From contig NW_026262712.1 in NCBI RefSeq assembly GCF_021869535.1, positions 79,174,001-79,238,000 of the forward strand: 64,000 nucleotides of DNA, in the 5' to 3' direction. This document shows, piece by piece, positions 30,345 through 43,650 of the stretch; position 1 is the first letter of the stretch, and each line of letters starts with the position of its first letter. Source of the stretch: Mytilus californianus. Lineage: Eukaryota. Under the pieces are notes generated by a model. It was not told where the DNA came from. It worked only from the letters and a program-made list of their open reading frames with translations, and ran no database searches. The translations under genes and the position numbers were made by a program.

Positions 30345-32740
30345 TAAAGATGACCAGGATATTGACGAACGAACCTATCCCAACGAACGAACGTAATAGG
30401 AGCGGTTATTTTATGTTTACAAGCATTAAAACTTTAAAGATGTTATCATGTTTACACTGTATTTGAATGCAATCATATAAAAGATAGAAATGCATAAAAT
30501 ATACCGATTTTAAAAAGGTTTTCATAATACAAATGGAAGACGTTTAAAAGTTTCCGAAAGTGTTACATATCTTACGATACAATGTGGTTGTTTATTATTG
30601 TTGAAAGCATGATGAAATGTACATCACACATAGGATTATTCGAGTGCACCGACTACTTATGCAATGCTCAAACATATATGAATTCAGGATTTTGATGATT
30701 TGAAACAATTTATAAGATTATTGTTGTCGAATCGTATGTTTGCTGTGTGTTTTTAATTGAGTATTCCAGTTTCAGACAAACAAATCTATTAGTTTATAAT
30801 AAAAAGAAAAAGAAAACCTTTGAAAAAAAAAAATGATTTATGTGATAAAGAAAGTTTTATCATACCTGTCAATCTCTGTAAATGGAAAAATATTTATAGT
30901 ATAAAATACTTGTCATAGGAGTATATAAAGTTTTTTGAAGGGGATTTAACTAGACACAAGGCATACTTGGTCCATTAATCACGCACCATAAGTCATTAAA
31001 GATAACTTTAAAGCCTTACAACTATTTAGAAGAAGATAAATATGTATATCAAAATGACCACAGGCGCTTCTAGGGTAGGACCCCCCCCCCCCTTTTTAAT
31101 TTTTTTTTGTGTTTAATTTTTATTAATCATTATTGCTGGAAATATTTCATTTTCTATGCTACTTATCTATCACTACTGCGTATGTCTCACCCAGTTTCGA
31201 GTAAATTTACCAACTCTGTTACAACCCCTTATTTTACTATTCATATTTGACTCTTTCCAATATAAACTTAGTCATTGCAACTCCTCCGACTCTTTCCAAT
31301 ATAAACTTAGTCATTGCAAATCCTCCTAAATAGTTTTCAGATGCACATGAAAGTTGGTAGGTTATTACATCTTCATGTTCATACGTGCATGTAGGAAGTA
31401 TGTTGCGGTTCATAATTTTTTCCAAAAATTCGGGATTATACACTTTATAAATTGTAACCCTATCCAGTATGCACTTAATCATTGAATCTCCTCTGGCATG
31501 GTTTGATTACTGTGGATTCATTATTATTCGTTGGATACCAATTTTCGTGGATTTCGTGGGTATCGGTGAACCACGAAATTAAAAGATCAACGAATGACAA
31601 ATTTTCTAAAGGCTTGTATGAAGACATCGTCAAAACCACGAAATTAAATATCCACGAACACGCAAGTTTTCCTTCATCCACGAAAATTGGTACCCACGAA
31701 AATAAATGAATCCACAGTAATACAAATGCAATTGTGTAGATTGTTAAGTACGTTTCACCGATCTGAGTATTTCAAGTTTCGTTGATTTCACAAAATACTC
31801 AGAAAGCAAATGATATAATTGATAAGAAATATTATTTAGATGAGTGTACGTCAACCTTCGTTTATTTCAGAACTTTGATAGATTGCCGTTCGGTATTTCT
31901 GTCTTTCCCAACATAAAACCTTTTTGCCCTATAATTCATTATTTTTACATTTTGAAATGTGGAAACTATTTCGTTTAGTTATATACTTATTGATATAGTG
32001 TACACAAATAGTAAACATGAAATCACTGGAAAATAAGTTATTTTGTACCTATCAAAATCTTACGATTTGTCCCAAAATTGTCAATTTCCACATGAGTACA
32101 GAACAAGCCATAGTAGTTGGAAACATGTCACAAAACTTGGGCAAGGGTTCCCTGTACTCAGCCTTATCCGGCTGGTCTGAGGACATAAGCTAACTATCAT
32201 TGCTGAAAAGAAAACAGATTAGAAATTGATTATCAATCATATCAATTTGGTAAACTTCAATATATATGCCATCTCCCTTGTTTACCCACAAAACTCATCA
32301 AAACCCCTTTAGGACCCTTAATTTTCAGAGCTGAGTCTTGTATATTGAGTGCATATTTTGCTATTGGAAAACATTGAATTATTAATGAGATAGGTAATAT
32401 CTTCTTTAAATTACATGCAGACGATGCGAATTACTTTACTTTGACATGTAAAATTAAAATTGAGAATGGAAATGGGGAATGTGTCAAAGAGACAACAACC
32501 CGACCATAGAACAGACAACAGCAGAAGGTCACCAACAGGTCTTCAATGCATCGAGAAATTCCCGCACCTGGAGGCGTCCTTCAGCTGGCCCCTAAACAAA
32601 TATATATTTAGATGAGGGTACGTCAACGTGTATTTATGTTAGATTTATAAATTTCTATGTATAAACAGTAGCTCCCGTTTCGTACGATTCGTCAAGTTAC
32701 GCTTTCGTAAGTTCGTTCGTTAATATCCTGGTCATCTCTA
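30345..32740. mobile_element. Putative non-autonomous TIR element with TAG…CTA-type ends (Academ-like ends)
   Basis: Left TAAAGATGACCAGGATATTGACGAACGAAC versus reverse complement of the right end TAGAGATGACCAGGATATTAACGAACGAAC. No TSD found. Confidence 0.45.
31510..31717. mobile_element. 208-bp MITE with TA TSD (Tc1/mariner-type)
   Basis: TA|ctgtggattcatt … aatgaatccacag|TA, with internal ccacgaa repeats. Confidence 0.85.
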
Positions 32741-35700
32741 ATTGGTAACTCTTTGATATATCACATAAGTATCGTAAACAAATCTCTGCGTTCTATCGAG
32801 TAAGGTGAATTATTTATCCGAACATTTTGATGTTCTTTCGAAGCCCGCATAGCGGCGGGTAACACAAAAATAAACACTATTGAGTAAAAAATCTTTGCTG
32901 AATTTCTGTCATCCAAATCCCTTTCTGGAACTTTACAACATGGAAGAGACCATGGATTGTATTTCCATTTGCATTGCAAGCTGACGGAAATTTAAATATT
33001 AAGAGAACTTTATATCTTTCATATACTTGACTGAGAGGTAAACATTTCTTTTGTCCTGAATGTGCATGAACTATTTGCAACAGGACGCTTAGCAATAATA
33101 ATCAATCAATCTGTAAAAATGAAATATAAAGATCTGGTTGTTTTATTTTGGTTGATGATCTTATTATTCGATTCTTACGTATTCCTTTCTTTATACACCT
33201 TTCTAGTAGACTTAATGCAAGTATCAAAAAGGTTACCAGAAATAACTATTGCAAACTAATAAAGCTTTAATTGTAGAATGACAAAATATGTTGAATCACC
33301 TTGAATTTTCTGTATTCCTTCGGCAATATAATAACGGATAATATTTTTTTATAACACCCAAATATTGTGATTCAGACATTTGCGAATGGAGTTTTTATTA
33401 ACTAGAAATAACATATATTAATTGATCAATTAATTTTGCTTAATTTCCATAGTCCATACTGCATGAACATTCAGAACGATAATAATCTAACAATCAATAT
33501 ATTATGCAGGTTCTGCAATTCATGCCAACCACAATGACTGACTGCCGCGTTAAAATGCAGTTTCGTTTGCAAAGGACAGAAATTGTTCATTGCAAAAAGA
33601 CACTTTTTCTACACGAGTTACTGATTTAACGTTCCAAAATCCGACCTCACGTGGGCACAAAAGTATCCAGCACATTTCGCATAGAAAAACGGAGGCGCAA
33701 TTGTAGCAAGGAATTTACTGTGAGGTGACCCACAGTTGTTAATTACCTCCACGTTCTTTAAATTCTGGTGCATATGTACATAGTGTGTCTCATTTAAAAT
33801 CATACATTGTATGCTTAGATGGCAAAAAAAAGTAAAAAATCGTCTTACCTTTTGCCCGCGTTTTTTTTTTCTTAATGTCAGATTATTTCACGACCACAGA
33901 CAGAATGTAAGCAAGTAACGACATTACCAACGGACTGTTCTGATCACAGGGTTTTGGGAAAATAAATGATACAGATTCCATACGGATATTCATGAGGAAC
34001 AAAGTACAGAGTGTTTATAGAAACAGGAGATACTTAGTACCCTTTCACCGAACCTTGTCTTGCTACTATTGGTGATCATGCGAATTTCTCAGTTTTTGTT
34101 TGTTATCTTGATTTGTATCTCTTAATAGATTGCATTCTGCCTCAAATTTGCAAACTCTTCAACAGAACACCCAAATGCGTTTTAGATCATGTTAGCGTAA
34201 AACGTTGAAAAATCGGTTTATGTATCAATCATATAGTTATCTTTGTCCGTTTCTGTTCGATTTGTGTTTTTTTTTTTATGTCCCCTTCGTTGCATCCGTC
34301 TATTTTTTCATAAATTACATGTTTTTAGAAATAATGAGTTAGACTAGCACAATTTTTTAACGCTATAAAGATGACATTTTCTCGCTAATAATTCAAAGTT
34401 TGATGATTACTTTATAATATAAATATTACATATTTTTGCGTTTCCTGTCATAATTTTCATGATATAGGGGGGATGATTAAAAGGACGCGTTTAGACCAAT
34501 GGTTTTAAATAGTAAATTAAATTCAATTCTTTTGAAGGTTTGGAGACGCCAGCAGGATGTGATTTCAGTTATTAAATAAATATGTCACAGATGACAACGG
34601 ATATGTTAATCTGTCCTCTTCATAATTACAACTTCACTAGTAAACCAATTTTGATATGACACGGTCATTTTTTTGTTTTTTTTGTAAATGATCATTTAAC
34701 TATATTGAATATTCGTAAGAGTGATAAGGGCGTCAGTAACAAGTTAACTGTTTCTATCTTTTACTGCATTATCTTCCTCTTAAACATGAGCCGCTACAGG
34801 TTGCAAAGCACACGGTATACAGCTTATATAGAAAAGAAAACTTTTGAAGAGATCATAACTTCTTAAACAATCAAAACAAAAAACGAGATGTGGTATGTTT
34901 GACGATGATACAACAATCCAATGTTTAACTCCGTGTTGACTCTGTGTGTGCTTGTCTTTAATCCTGTGGTTGTCGTTGATTCACGTCTGTTATACTTTTG
35001 TTTCATATAGTGTGTTATTATGAGTCATACTTTTAGTTTTTCTCGTTTGATTTGTGTCACATTTTTTATATCAGGACCTTGTATCGCTGACCATACGGTA
35101 TGGATCTGTAAAAGTGTTAAAGGGCGTATAACAATCTGTAATTGCTCATATCAATGTCATTTGAATGTTGGTTGATAGTTGTCTCATTGGCAAGCAAACC
35201 ACATCTACTTACTTTTATAAAGATGTGAGCAATTACTAGTCACCGTTTGCACTTCAAAAAAGGGCAAAAAATAACAATTCTGTATAGTAAGCTATAGAAG
35301 GTCACGACATGTAAGAATATGTCAAATAGAAAAAGATGGAACGTTTCGTGGACACCATCAAGATGTGTCCTCTTTTCTTCGTATTATTATTATTATTACT
35401 AGTACCAGTTTAATTTTCCATCAACAACACCACGGATGACACATTTAGATCTGGATCAGCTAAACCTTGCAGATTACCTGAGATCGTCAACTTATAATTT
35501 GTATTATCTCTTTGATGTCGTTTGCCTCCTTTTATATTACAACTACAAACGAATAAAAACAAAACAAAAAACATTGGATTAAAGGTTCCTATCTGGGTAT
35601 ATATAGGCACATATAAGTCAAAATATAAGTATCGACAGTATGTAGGACCATAAATGGTAAAACTTAGATAGAAAATATATGTTAGTTATGTGCTAAACTA

Positions 35701-38700
35701 TCAAACATAAAGTCAAATTTAGTACCATAACAATACATGTCATCCCCAAACATCTTAATAAATATAATAGCTATCACGCAAAAACGTCCGAATGGTTTCT
35801 TTCACGCAATAAACAAACATACAGACCATTACCATTATCGTTACTAGATACGACAAGGTACATGGACATGAAATTGTGTACTCTTGAGATCAATTTGTAT
35901 TTTCCGCAAAAGTTTATTGATAATAGCAACCACAGACAACAGATAAAAATTCAGTAAGCCAAGAATCATAACCTATTGAAAAGTATGTTTAAAGTCACAG
36001 AAGATACTTTTTATGGAATATGCCTTTCAATATTCAATATTCGAAGGTTGAATGCGATTGTGTAAGGCTAATGAAAAAATCAATATTCAAAACAATGTTT
36101 ACATTAAAGAGACTCTGGTCTGCTAGTGCCTTACATAAATGATATTAGAATATTTTATCTTAAATCACATGTTTTCACAACCAAAGATGTGTAACACTAC
36201 AAGCTGCACAGAATTAAATTGCAAGGACTCGGCATAATCTCAACAGTACTTTACTGTACTTAACTGTACTTGAATTTGGTCTCGACTTCACTTAATAAGT
36301 CTGATTGAGTACTTCATAATCTTGGTATAATATAAAATAAATTCTAGTCTGAATATGGTCTGCATATGGTCTCAACAAATGCTTGACTAGTCCCGACTAG
36401 TCTCGACCAGTCTTTACTCAGTCTCGACCATTCTAAACCGGTCCCAATCAATCTAAACATGTATCGACCAGTTTCGATCTGTCTCTGCTAGTCTCGACCT
36501 GTCTTGACTCAGTCTTCACCTTTAAATTTATTATCGACTGGTCCGTATCAGCCCATCTATCTCAACTATATATTGATCTTACAAAATTGCAGGTTATTTA
36601 GTAGTTTGGTTCATTGCTGTCAAATATAATGGTTTAGTAAATAGCTAAAAGAAATGGTAGAATTTTCATTTCGGACTAAATTCAGATAGTCATCTTTTAT
36701 AAATTTCTATAACTTTTAAATCAATTTGGATTTTCATAGAGTGTGTTTATATTTAGTAGTTTGGTTCATTGCTGTCAAATTTAAGGATTTAATACTTTAC
36801 TAAAAAAGACGACCTTTCATTTTGGACTAAATTCAGATAGCCATCTTTAAAAATTCTATAACTTTTTACAAATAAATTTGGATTTCCATAAACTATGGTC
36901 TTTTCAGACTCTGAGCAGTTTGTAGTGTATTTAAGAATGGAGATGTCGAACTTGCACGATATATTCCATTACAAATGAATACGTCAAACCTACATCAAAT
37001 TTAATATGATCAAAGTTAAAACCCTGCTTTCCTAAAATTCGCAGTTTTTATGAGAGTTATATCTCCATCCGGTCGATGCGTTGGACAGTCAATGTCAACT
37101 CACCTCATCAATAGTCATTGTGTTATTGTGCTATGATAATTTTTTGTATTCTTGTCTTTCGTTTTTGATAATGTGCTTTGTCTATATACCTTTTTGTCTT
37201 TCTTTGTTGACATTTTTGTTTGTTTTTATAGTGATTAAGTTTATAACACAATGTTGACTGCTGTACCCCTATTTTTGACATTTTTACCTATTTTGTCTGT
37301 GTCTGTTTGTTTTGTTCACACAACGTTGTCGACATAATGCAATTTTGTGCGACTGTCATACAAGTGAGAGGTTTAGCTAGCTATAAAACCAGGTTTATTC
37401 CACCATTTTCTCCATAAGAAAATGCTTGTACCAAGTCAGGAATATGACAGTTGTAATCCATTCGGTTGATGTGTTTGAGCTATTGATTTTGCCTTTTGCT
37501 AAGGAACTTTCCGTTTAGAATTTTACTCGGAGTTCTGTATTTTTGTTATTTTACTTTGTGTTATTCAAAATAGAGAAAGGAATTGGGGAATGTGTCAAAG
37601 AGACAACAACCCGACCAAAAAGTAAAAAACACAGCTGAAGGCCACCAATGGGTCGTCAACACAGCGAGAACATCCCGCACCCGGAGGCGGACTTCAATTG
37701 GTCCCTATACAAAAATGTGTACTAGTTCCGTGAAAATGGACGTCATACTAACCCTCCTAAACATATAAATGAACTAAAATTAAAAAAACAAACAAGAGTA
37801 ACAAAGGCCAGAGGCTCCTGACTTGGGACAGGCGCAAAAATGCGGTGGGGTTAAACATGTTTAGTGAGATATCAGCCCTCCCTTATACCTCTGGCCAATG
37901 TAGATTAAACAAATACGCAGCAATACGCACAGTAAAACTCAGTTTAAAAGAAGTCCGAGTCCGATGTCAGATGTCAGAATACGTAACAAAATAAACTAAG
38001 CAAAATGACAATGATACTTAAATTAACAAAGGACTACTAGCAGTTACTGACATGCCAGCTTCAGATCTCAATTAAACTGATTGAATGATTATGTCTTCAT
38101 CATATGAAAATCAAGCACATTCCATTCCGTTAGGGGTTAAGTGTCATATCATCATTACATATATGAGAAGAACATAACCTGTATCATGCCGACAACTGGT
38201 TTTAGAATAAATGTATTTATTTCCGATGCAAAGACCCTATGAGTGAATCAATATTAATACAAAAATGTGCCATCTTTAATGACCTGACAACAGTATCGTA
38301 ATTATATCCCTTCTTAATAAATCTGTTTAAAGGTTAGGTTAGCTTTTGAGGTGAATGCCGACATATTTGTGTTTTGTAAAGAATATTACCATAAAAGATT
38401 GGATGTGAAATACCCGAACGTATAAGATGTCTGCACGTTGATTTATATTTACGAATGTTATCCTTGTACCGATGATAAAATATAGTAAATGTTTAGACTA
38501 GTCAAAAACACTGTTGTAATAATTTTTCAGTAATACAGAGATCGCTTTCGTTAAAATCAAATACGTTGTTACATACACGAGCGAATCAAACAAGTAATTT
38601 TTTTTTTTGCATGGCAGTTTTGTATTTTTGATTGCTTTTATAGAATAAAGTATTGTCAAGTCTCTAACAATCATTATTATATGACATGAATATTAAACAA

Positions 38701-39099
38701 AATAGACCGTATTTTCTATCAATACTACTGATATTATCTCCTTGATCTATTGGTTTTCCTTGTATTTTTTCAGACTATGGATTATATAAACTTCACTTTA
38801 CAGAGAATTATATTTTAAAGCTTTCACTTTCACTTTCACTTTTAACGCTTTTACATTCCTAGTAGGGCCAGATAATTAATATCCGTCTACACTATACATA
38901 ATGCTGTAATATTAGGCATTGTGGTATGAATTCCAATGAGACAGCTATCAAACAGAAAAGACCAAATTAAAGGAATTTGATTTAAAAAAAATACAAGTTG
39001 GTTTGTTATTTGATTTATAAAAAGAATTAAAACAAAAAACTTTTAACCTCCCACTTGTGTCAATGAGCTCCCAACGTCAAATGTTTTCTGGTTTGACCT

Positions 39100-40092
39100 A
39101 CGCGTCGACCTTCGCGATTCTTAAAATTATTCATGCATCTTGTTCGAATGTTTAGTGTCTTTCCTTACAGTGCTGTCGGCTATTGTTATTTTGTTCTTTT
39201 TGATTTTGGTCAAATCATTTGTATGAATTTTGTTTGCTTGGTATGCTAGGCTTTGGACAGTTGTTATTACTACATAATGATTTGTATATATTTGCACGGT
39301 AAGTCACATTATCTGTTTTGTTTTAAATAGAATCCTGAATAGCCTTTGTTCTACTTTTGTTATCTGGAGGTCTTTGGTCACGAAAGTTTTGCATAATTTT
39401 GACTCAAACGGAGATGCACTGCATATCGTTGCCTCTTCAAATTTCGATTTTATTCTTGGAAGCTGAAATCCTTAATCGGGTAATTGTGATTTAAAGTTCT
39501 TCATAATAGCATCATCATTGACAACACTAGATTTATCATATGGCGATTTTAAAGATGTTCGGGTGTTCAGCCTCAGTAACTGGCCATGGACTGTTACAGT
39601 AAGGATCTTGAATAACCCTATCCTACTTGTATAAGCATGCGGTTCTCGTAACGAAGTGTTGCTTAATGATGACTCAAAAGAAGATTTTCTGCTTGTCGTT
39701 ATCACTTCTTTTAATTTTGGGTTTGCAGAACAATACATGATATATGATGATTTGTCTTTACTTTGACGTTCAGCTTCAGCAAATGTTTTGTTGGTCAAAC
39801 ACTATCAGTGACACAACTAAGCTCTGAATAATTGTTCTTTCCACGTAGTGATTTTAATATTCTTGGACGTTCAGCTTCAGTAAATGGTCTGTTACAGTAT
39901 GAGTCTTGAAAAACCCCTGTTTTACTTTCATAAACTTGATGTCCTTTGACACATAACGAAGTTTTTCTTAAGGTTAACCCATTAAAAGAATCATTGCACA
40001 TCGTTGCCTCTTCGTTGGATTTTGTTTTTACACTTGAAATGTCTATTTGTTGATTGGGTACTTGTGATTCCAAGTGGCTCGTAAAAGTATGA
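39100..40092 (-). pseudogene. Frameshifted continuation of the ~96-aa repeat region of the upstream gene
   Basis: Track ORFs 39795-40073 and 39472-39798 carry the same repeat (ESQVP, KTSL, NKTFAEAERQSKDKSSY). Frame breaks near 40100 and 39795. Confidence 0.7.
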
Positions 40093-42360
40093 CTACAGAA
40101 GAAAATTAGGTCTTGCAGAAAAAGACTTTCTGTATGATGATTTGTCTTTACTTTGGCGTTCAGCCTCAGTATTTATTTGGTTATAGGTAGAATCTTTAAT
40201 ATTCCCTGTATTACTTGTATAAACATGAGGTCTTTGAACAGCTAACGACGTTTTGCCTAAGTTTAACCCAAAAGAAGATGCACTGCGTGGCGTTGCTTCT
40301 CCTTTTGGTTTTCTTTCTATTCTTGAAAATTCAATCTCTTGATGGGGTTCTTGAGATTCCAAGTTGTTCGCAAGAGTATTATCACTGACGACATTAGGTC
40401 TTGCCGAAAGAAACTTTCTATATGGTGATTTGGTTTTACTTAGACGGTCATCCTCAGTAAATGTTTTGTTACGAGAAGAATCTGTAATAAACTCTGTCCT
40501 ACTTGCATTATTATGAGGTCGTTGGAAAAGTAACGACGTTTTGCTTAAGGTTGACTCTGAAAAAGGTTTATTGCATATCGTTGTCTCTTCTTCAAATTTT
40601 GATTTTGTTTTTGAAAACTGAAATCCTTCATCGGGTACTTGAGATTTTAAGTTGGTCGTAAAATCATTATTAGTGACAAAAGTATGACTTAAAGGATGGT
40701 TCTTTTCAGGTAACATACTTTGACATTCACCCTCAGTAACTGGTCTATCATAGTGAGAACCGTAAATAACCCCATTCCTACTTTTATAATCATGAGGTCT
40801 TTGAACACTTAACGAATATTTGCTTACGGTTATCTCATGGGAAGAATCATTGCATGCCGTTGCCTCTTCCTTTGATTTTGTTTTTATACTTGAACGTTTC
40901 ATTTCTTGATCGGGCACTTCAGATTCCAAGTTGCTCGTAAAAGCATTATCACAGATAAAATCAGGTCTTCCAAAAACAAACTTTCTATATGATGATTTGT
41001 CTTTACTTTGACGTTCATCCTCAGTAAATGTTTTGTTACAAGAAGAATCGTTAATAACCTCTGTTCTTCTTGTATCAGGATGAGGTCGGTGGACAGGTAA
41101 CAACGGTTTGCTTAAGGTTGACTCAAAAGAAGATTTATTGTGTATCGTTGACTCTTCTTTGGATTGTGATTTTATAGTTGAAAGCTGAATTCCTGTTTTG
41201 AGTACTTGAGATTCCAAATGTTTCTTAAAAGTTTTATCAGTGGCAAAAGAAGGTCTGGAAGAATGGTTCTTTACATGTGGTGATTTTAATATATTTGGTA
41301 GGTAAACATCAGAAACTGTTCTGTTACAGAAAGCATCTTGATTAATCTCTATCCTTTTTTTAAAAGCATGAGGTCCTTGGACAAGTAACGAGGTTTTGTT
41401 TAAGGCTGACTCAAAAGAAGATTCACTGCATGTCGTTGTCTCTTCTTCTGATATTGGCCCCATTCGTGAAAGTTCAATGTTTCGATTTGGTACATGAGAG
41501 TCAAATGGGTGGTTAGAAAAGATATTTTCAGAGCCATAACTTGGCCTTGAAGAATTGTAGTCTCTATATCGTGATTTGTACATACTTGAACTTTCGGACA
41601 GAGTACCAGTTTTGAAACGGAAAGTATCAGACATATCTTCTGTCTTCATGGTATTAGCATGCGGTTCTTGTACACGTAACGAAGTTTTGCTTAAGGTTGA
41701 CTCTAAAACAAAATTGCTACATAGTGTTGGCTCTTTATTAGATTTTGATGTACTTGATAAATGATTGTTATTGTCGTATACTGGGGATTCACAGGTTTTC
41801 AAAAAATCATTATCACAGCGAAAACTGGGCTTCGAAGAATAGTTATTACTATAGGATGATTTGTATTTACTTTGACGGTAAATATCAGCAACTGTTCTGT
41901 TAGATAATGAATCTTGAAAAATATTCGCATTATTTTCAAGAGCATTTAATGCAAATTCACTTACTGTATTTTCGTTCACTCCCTGAAACGTGTTTGGTTT
42001 CCATGATCTCCATGTTTTACCTCCGGGGTCTCTTCGAATCCTTATCGAAATGCCGTCATTTTTCGTTGTAAATTTTTTCCAATTGAAATCTGGCTGTGTA
42101 ATTTGATTAATTTCAATGCCATCTAAAAATCCCAATTCTTCTGCTTTTCGAAAGACCCACAGTCTCCGATTGTCACTTGTGTAAAACTTTCCATTTATTT
42201 TTACAGCGGTAATAATTGGAATGTCCTTCAGTGAAATAGATTCAGTTAACAATTCATCTAACGTTTCCCCTATCAATTTATCATTGAAAGGTGTGTGTTT
42301 ACCCCAATAATTTGCAATAGAATCCTGTGAAAAGAAAATTTCCGATGGTCTGAACTTCAT
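40093..42360 (-). CDS. Intronless host gene: N-terminal ParB/Srx-like domain plus ~96-aa Ser/Thr/Lys-rich tandem repeats
   Basis: ATG at 42360. Motifs RPSEIFFSQDSI, IPIITAV, FYTSDNRRLWVF and KFTTKNDGISIRIR. Repeat period ~288 bp (e.g. CNRTV to CNKTF is 96 aa). Confidence 0.7.
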   Translation of the reverse strand: MKFRPSEIFFSQDSIANYWGKHTPFNDKLIGETLDELLTESISLKDIPIITAVKINGKFYTSDNRRLWVFRKAEELGFLDGIEINQITQPDFNWKKFTTKNDGISIRIRRDPGGKTWRSWKPNTFQGVNENTVSEFALNALENNANIFQDSLSNRTVADIYRQSKYKSSYSNNYSSKPSFRCDNDFLKTCESPVYDNNNHLSSTSKSNKEPTLCSNFVLESTLSKTSLRVQEPHANTMKTEDMSDTFRFKTGTLSESSSMYKSRYRDYNSSRPSYGSENIFSNHPFDSHVPNRNIELSRMGPISEEETTTCSESSFESALNKTSLLVQGPHAFKKRIEINQDAFCNRTVSDVYLPNILKSPHVKNHSSRPSFATDKTFKKHLESQVLKTGIQLSTIKSQSKEESTIHNKSSFESTLSKPLLPVHRPHPDTRRTEVINDSSCNKTFTEDERQSKDKSSYRKFVFGRPDFICDNAFTSNLESEVPDQEMKRSSIKTKSKEEATACNDSSHEITVSKYSLSVQRPHDYKSRNGVIYGSHYDRPVTEGECQSMLPEKNHPLSHTFVTNNDFTTNLKSQVPDEGFQFSKTKSKFEEETTICNKPFSESTLSKTSLLFQRPHNNASRTEFITDSSRNKTFTEDDRLSKTKSPYRKFLSARPNVVSDNTLANNLESQEPHQEIEFSRIERKPKGEATPRSASSFGLNLGKTSLAVQRPHVYTSNTGNIKDSTYNQINTEAERQSKDKSSYRKSFSARPNFLL

Positions 42361-43237
42361 TATTCCCGAACACGTCGACCACACCACACATGCGTTATAC
42401 TTCCTTTCACTACTGCTAATTTTAGTTGCACATTTAGTATCGATATGTCTAGAACAGGGATTTTTTAAGTTATTTCAAAACGCTTCGGAGAAACCAATGA
42501 TATGAATATTCGAAAAATCGATTATTCAATGTCCCATACAATATATCAATTTTATCTTGACACACACAAAGTGGTCGTTCTAATTATATGTGGATGACAT
42601 ATTTCTATGGAATAACCATCATTAGGTTCTCGTTAGTATATTGCATGTCAAAATCAGATAGTGTTATTTTATCTACATACAACATCCACGTTCTCATAAC
42701 ATGTAATGCAGTTTTAGAGTTTGCATAATATCTTTTGGTGTTGAAATACATAGCAACAGGATTAAAGTATAACAGTTGAAAAACTGCTAAACGAACTTCA
42801 TAGCAAGATCTATATTTTAAAGTTTGATAAAAAGAACAGGTTTATGAAAAAGAATTATAGAAAATAATTAGAGATACGGGGTGAGTTAAATATCAACCTA
42901 ACGATACAAAATAATAAAAGACAAATAGATGTCAATATGCGGCATTCAATCAGAGATATGTTAATGCCAACCCCACCCTTCATTTCATCCAACAATATTG
43001 AGCAGACAAAAAGAAGTCTAAAAATATTACAAATAAATATTACACACTTAAAATGTATTGGGTAACAAGGACACCACAAAACTAAAACTTAAAACAGTAT
43101 ATATTGCGTTAATTTCGTAAAGACATTTGATTTCATTAAAATCGTTTTTTTAAATCTACACTTAAAGGAAAAATTCTTGATTTTTTACTTATCATCTTCA
43201 TATGTTCATTATCATAAATACCGTTTCGATTCCTAAT

Positions 43238-43277
43238 ATCACTGAAGAGACATTAATTGTCGAAATCCGGATATGGT
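43238..43277 (+). ncRNA. Minimal type I hammerhead ribozyme, apparently intact
   Basis: Stem I atca/tggt, CTGAAGA core, stem II gaca/tgtc, GAAA, short stem III with palindromic CCGG loop, cleavage triplet ATA (43271-43273). Confidence 0.7.
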
Positions 43278-43650
43278 GTACAAATTTTTGCACCCTATGT
43301 TTGCGGTATATCATCTTTTCCGCAAGTTTATTGTTTTCTATTTAGTATTAAATTTATAATTAAGATCCATTTATTACATCAGTGATCCTTTTATTTGGCA
43401 ATCGCCAATGGCAGTCAGCAGGGTTTAAGAACATTTGTTGTTCGACCTGTTAGTCAAATGCGTTTTGTTAAAATATACCTTTTCACTTTTTTGGTCTTTT
43501 GGAAAATGTTGTTTGTGCTGTATTTAGACCCCTCTAACAAAAAATTTGTTTTGCATGCACACGTATAAAAATTGCGGTTTTTATCCAACGCAATCATAGG
43601 TTTGAACGTTGTTTTCAATTTAGACTTGTTTATATATATATATATATATA

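Noticed and set aside
32761-33095. Two overlapping minus-strand ORFs as a frameshifted membrane-protein gene
   Set aside because: Protein-like, but no recognisable family or splice support.
42571-42620. YVDDIFLW peptide as an RT remnant
   Set aside because: Too short and flanked by stops; no other RT motifs nearby.
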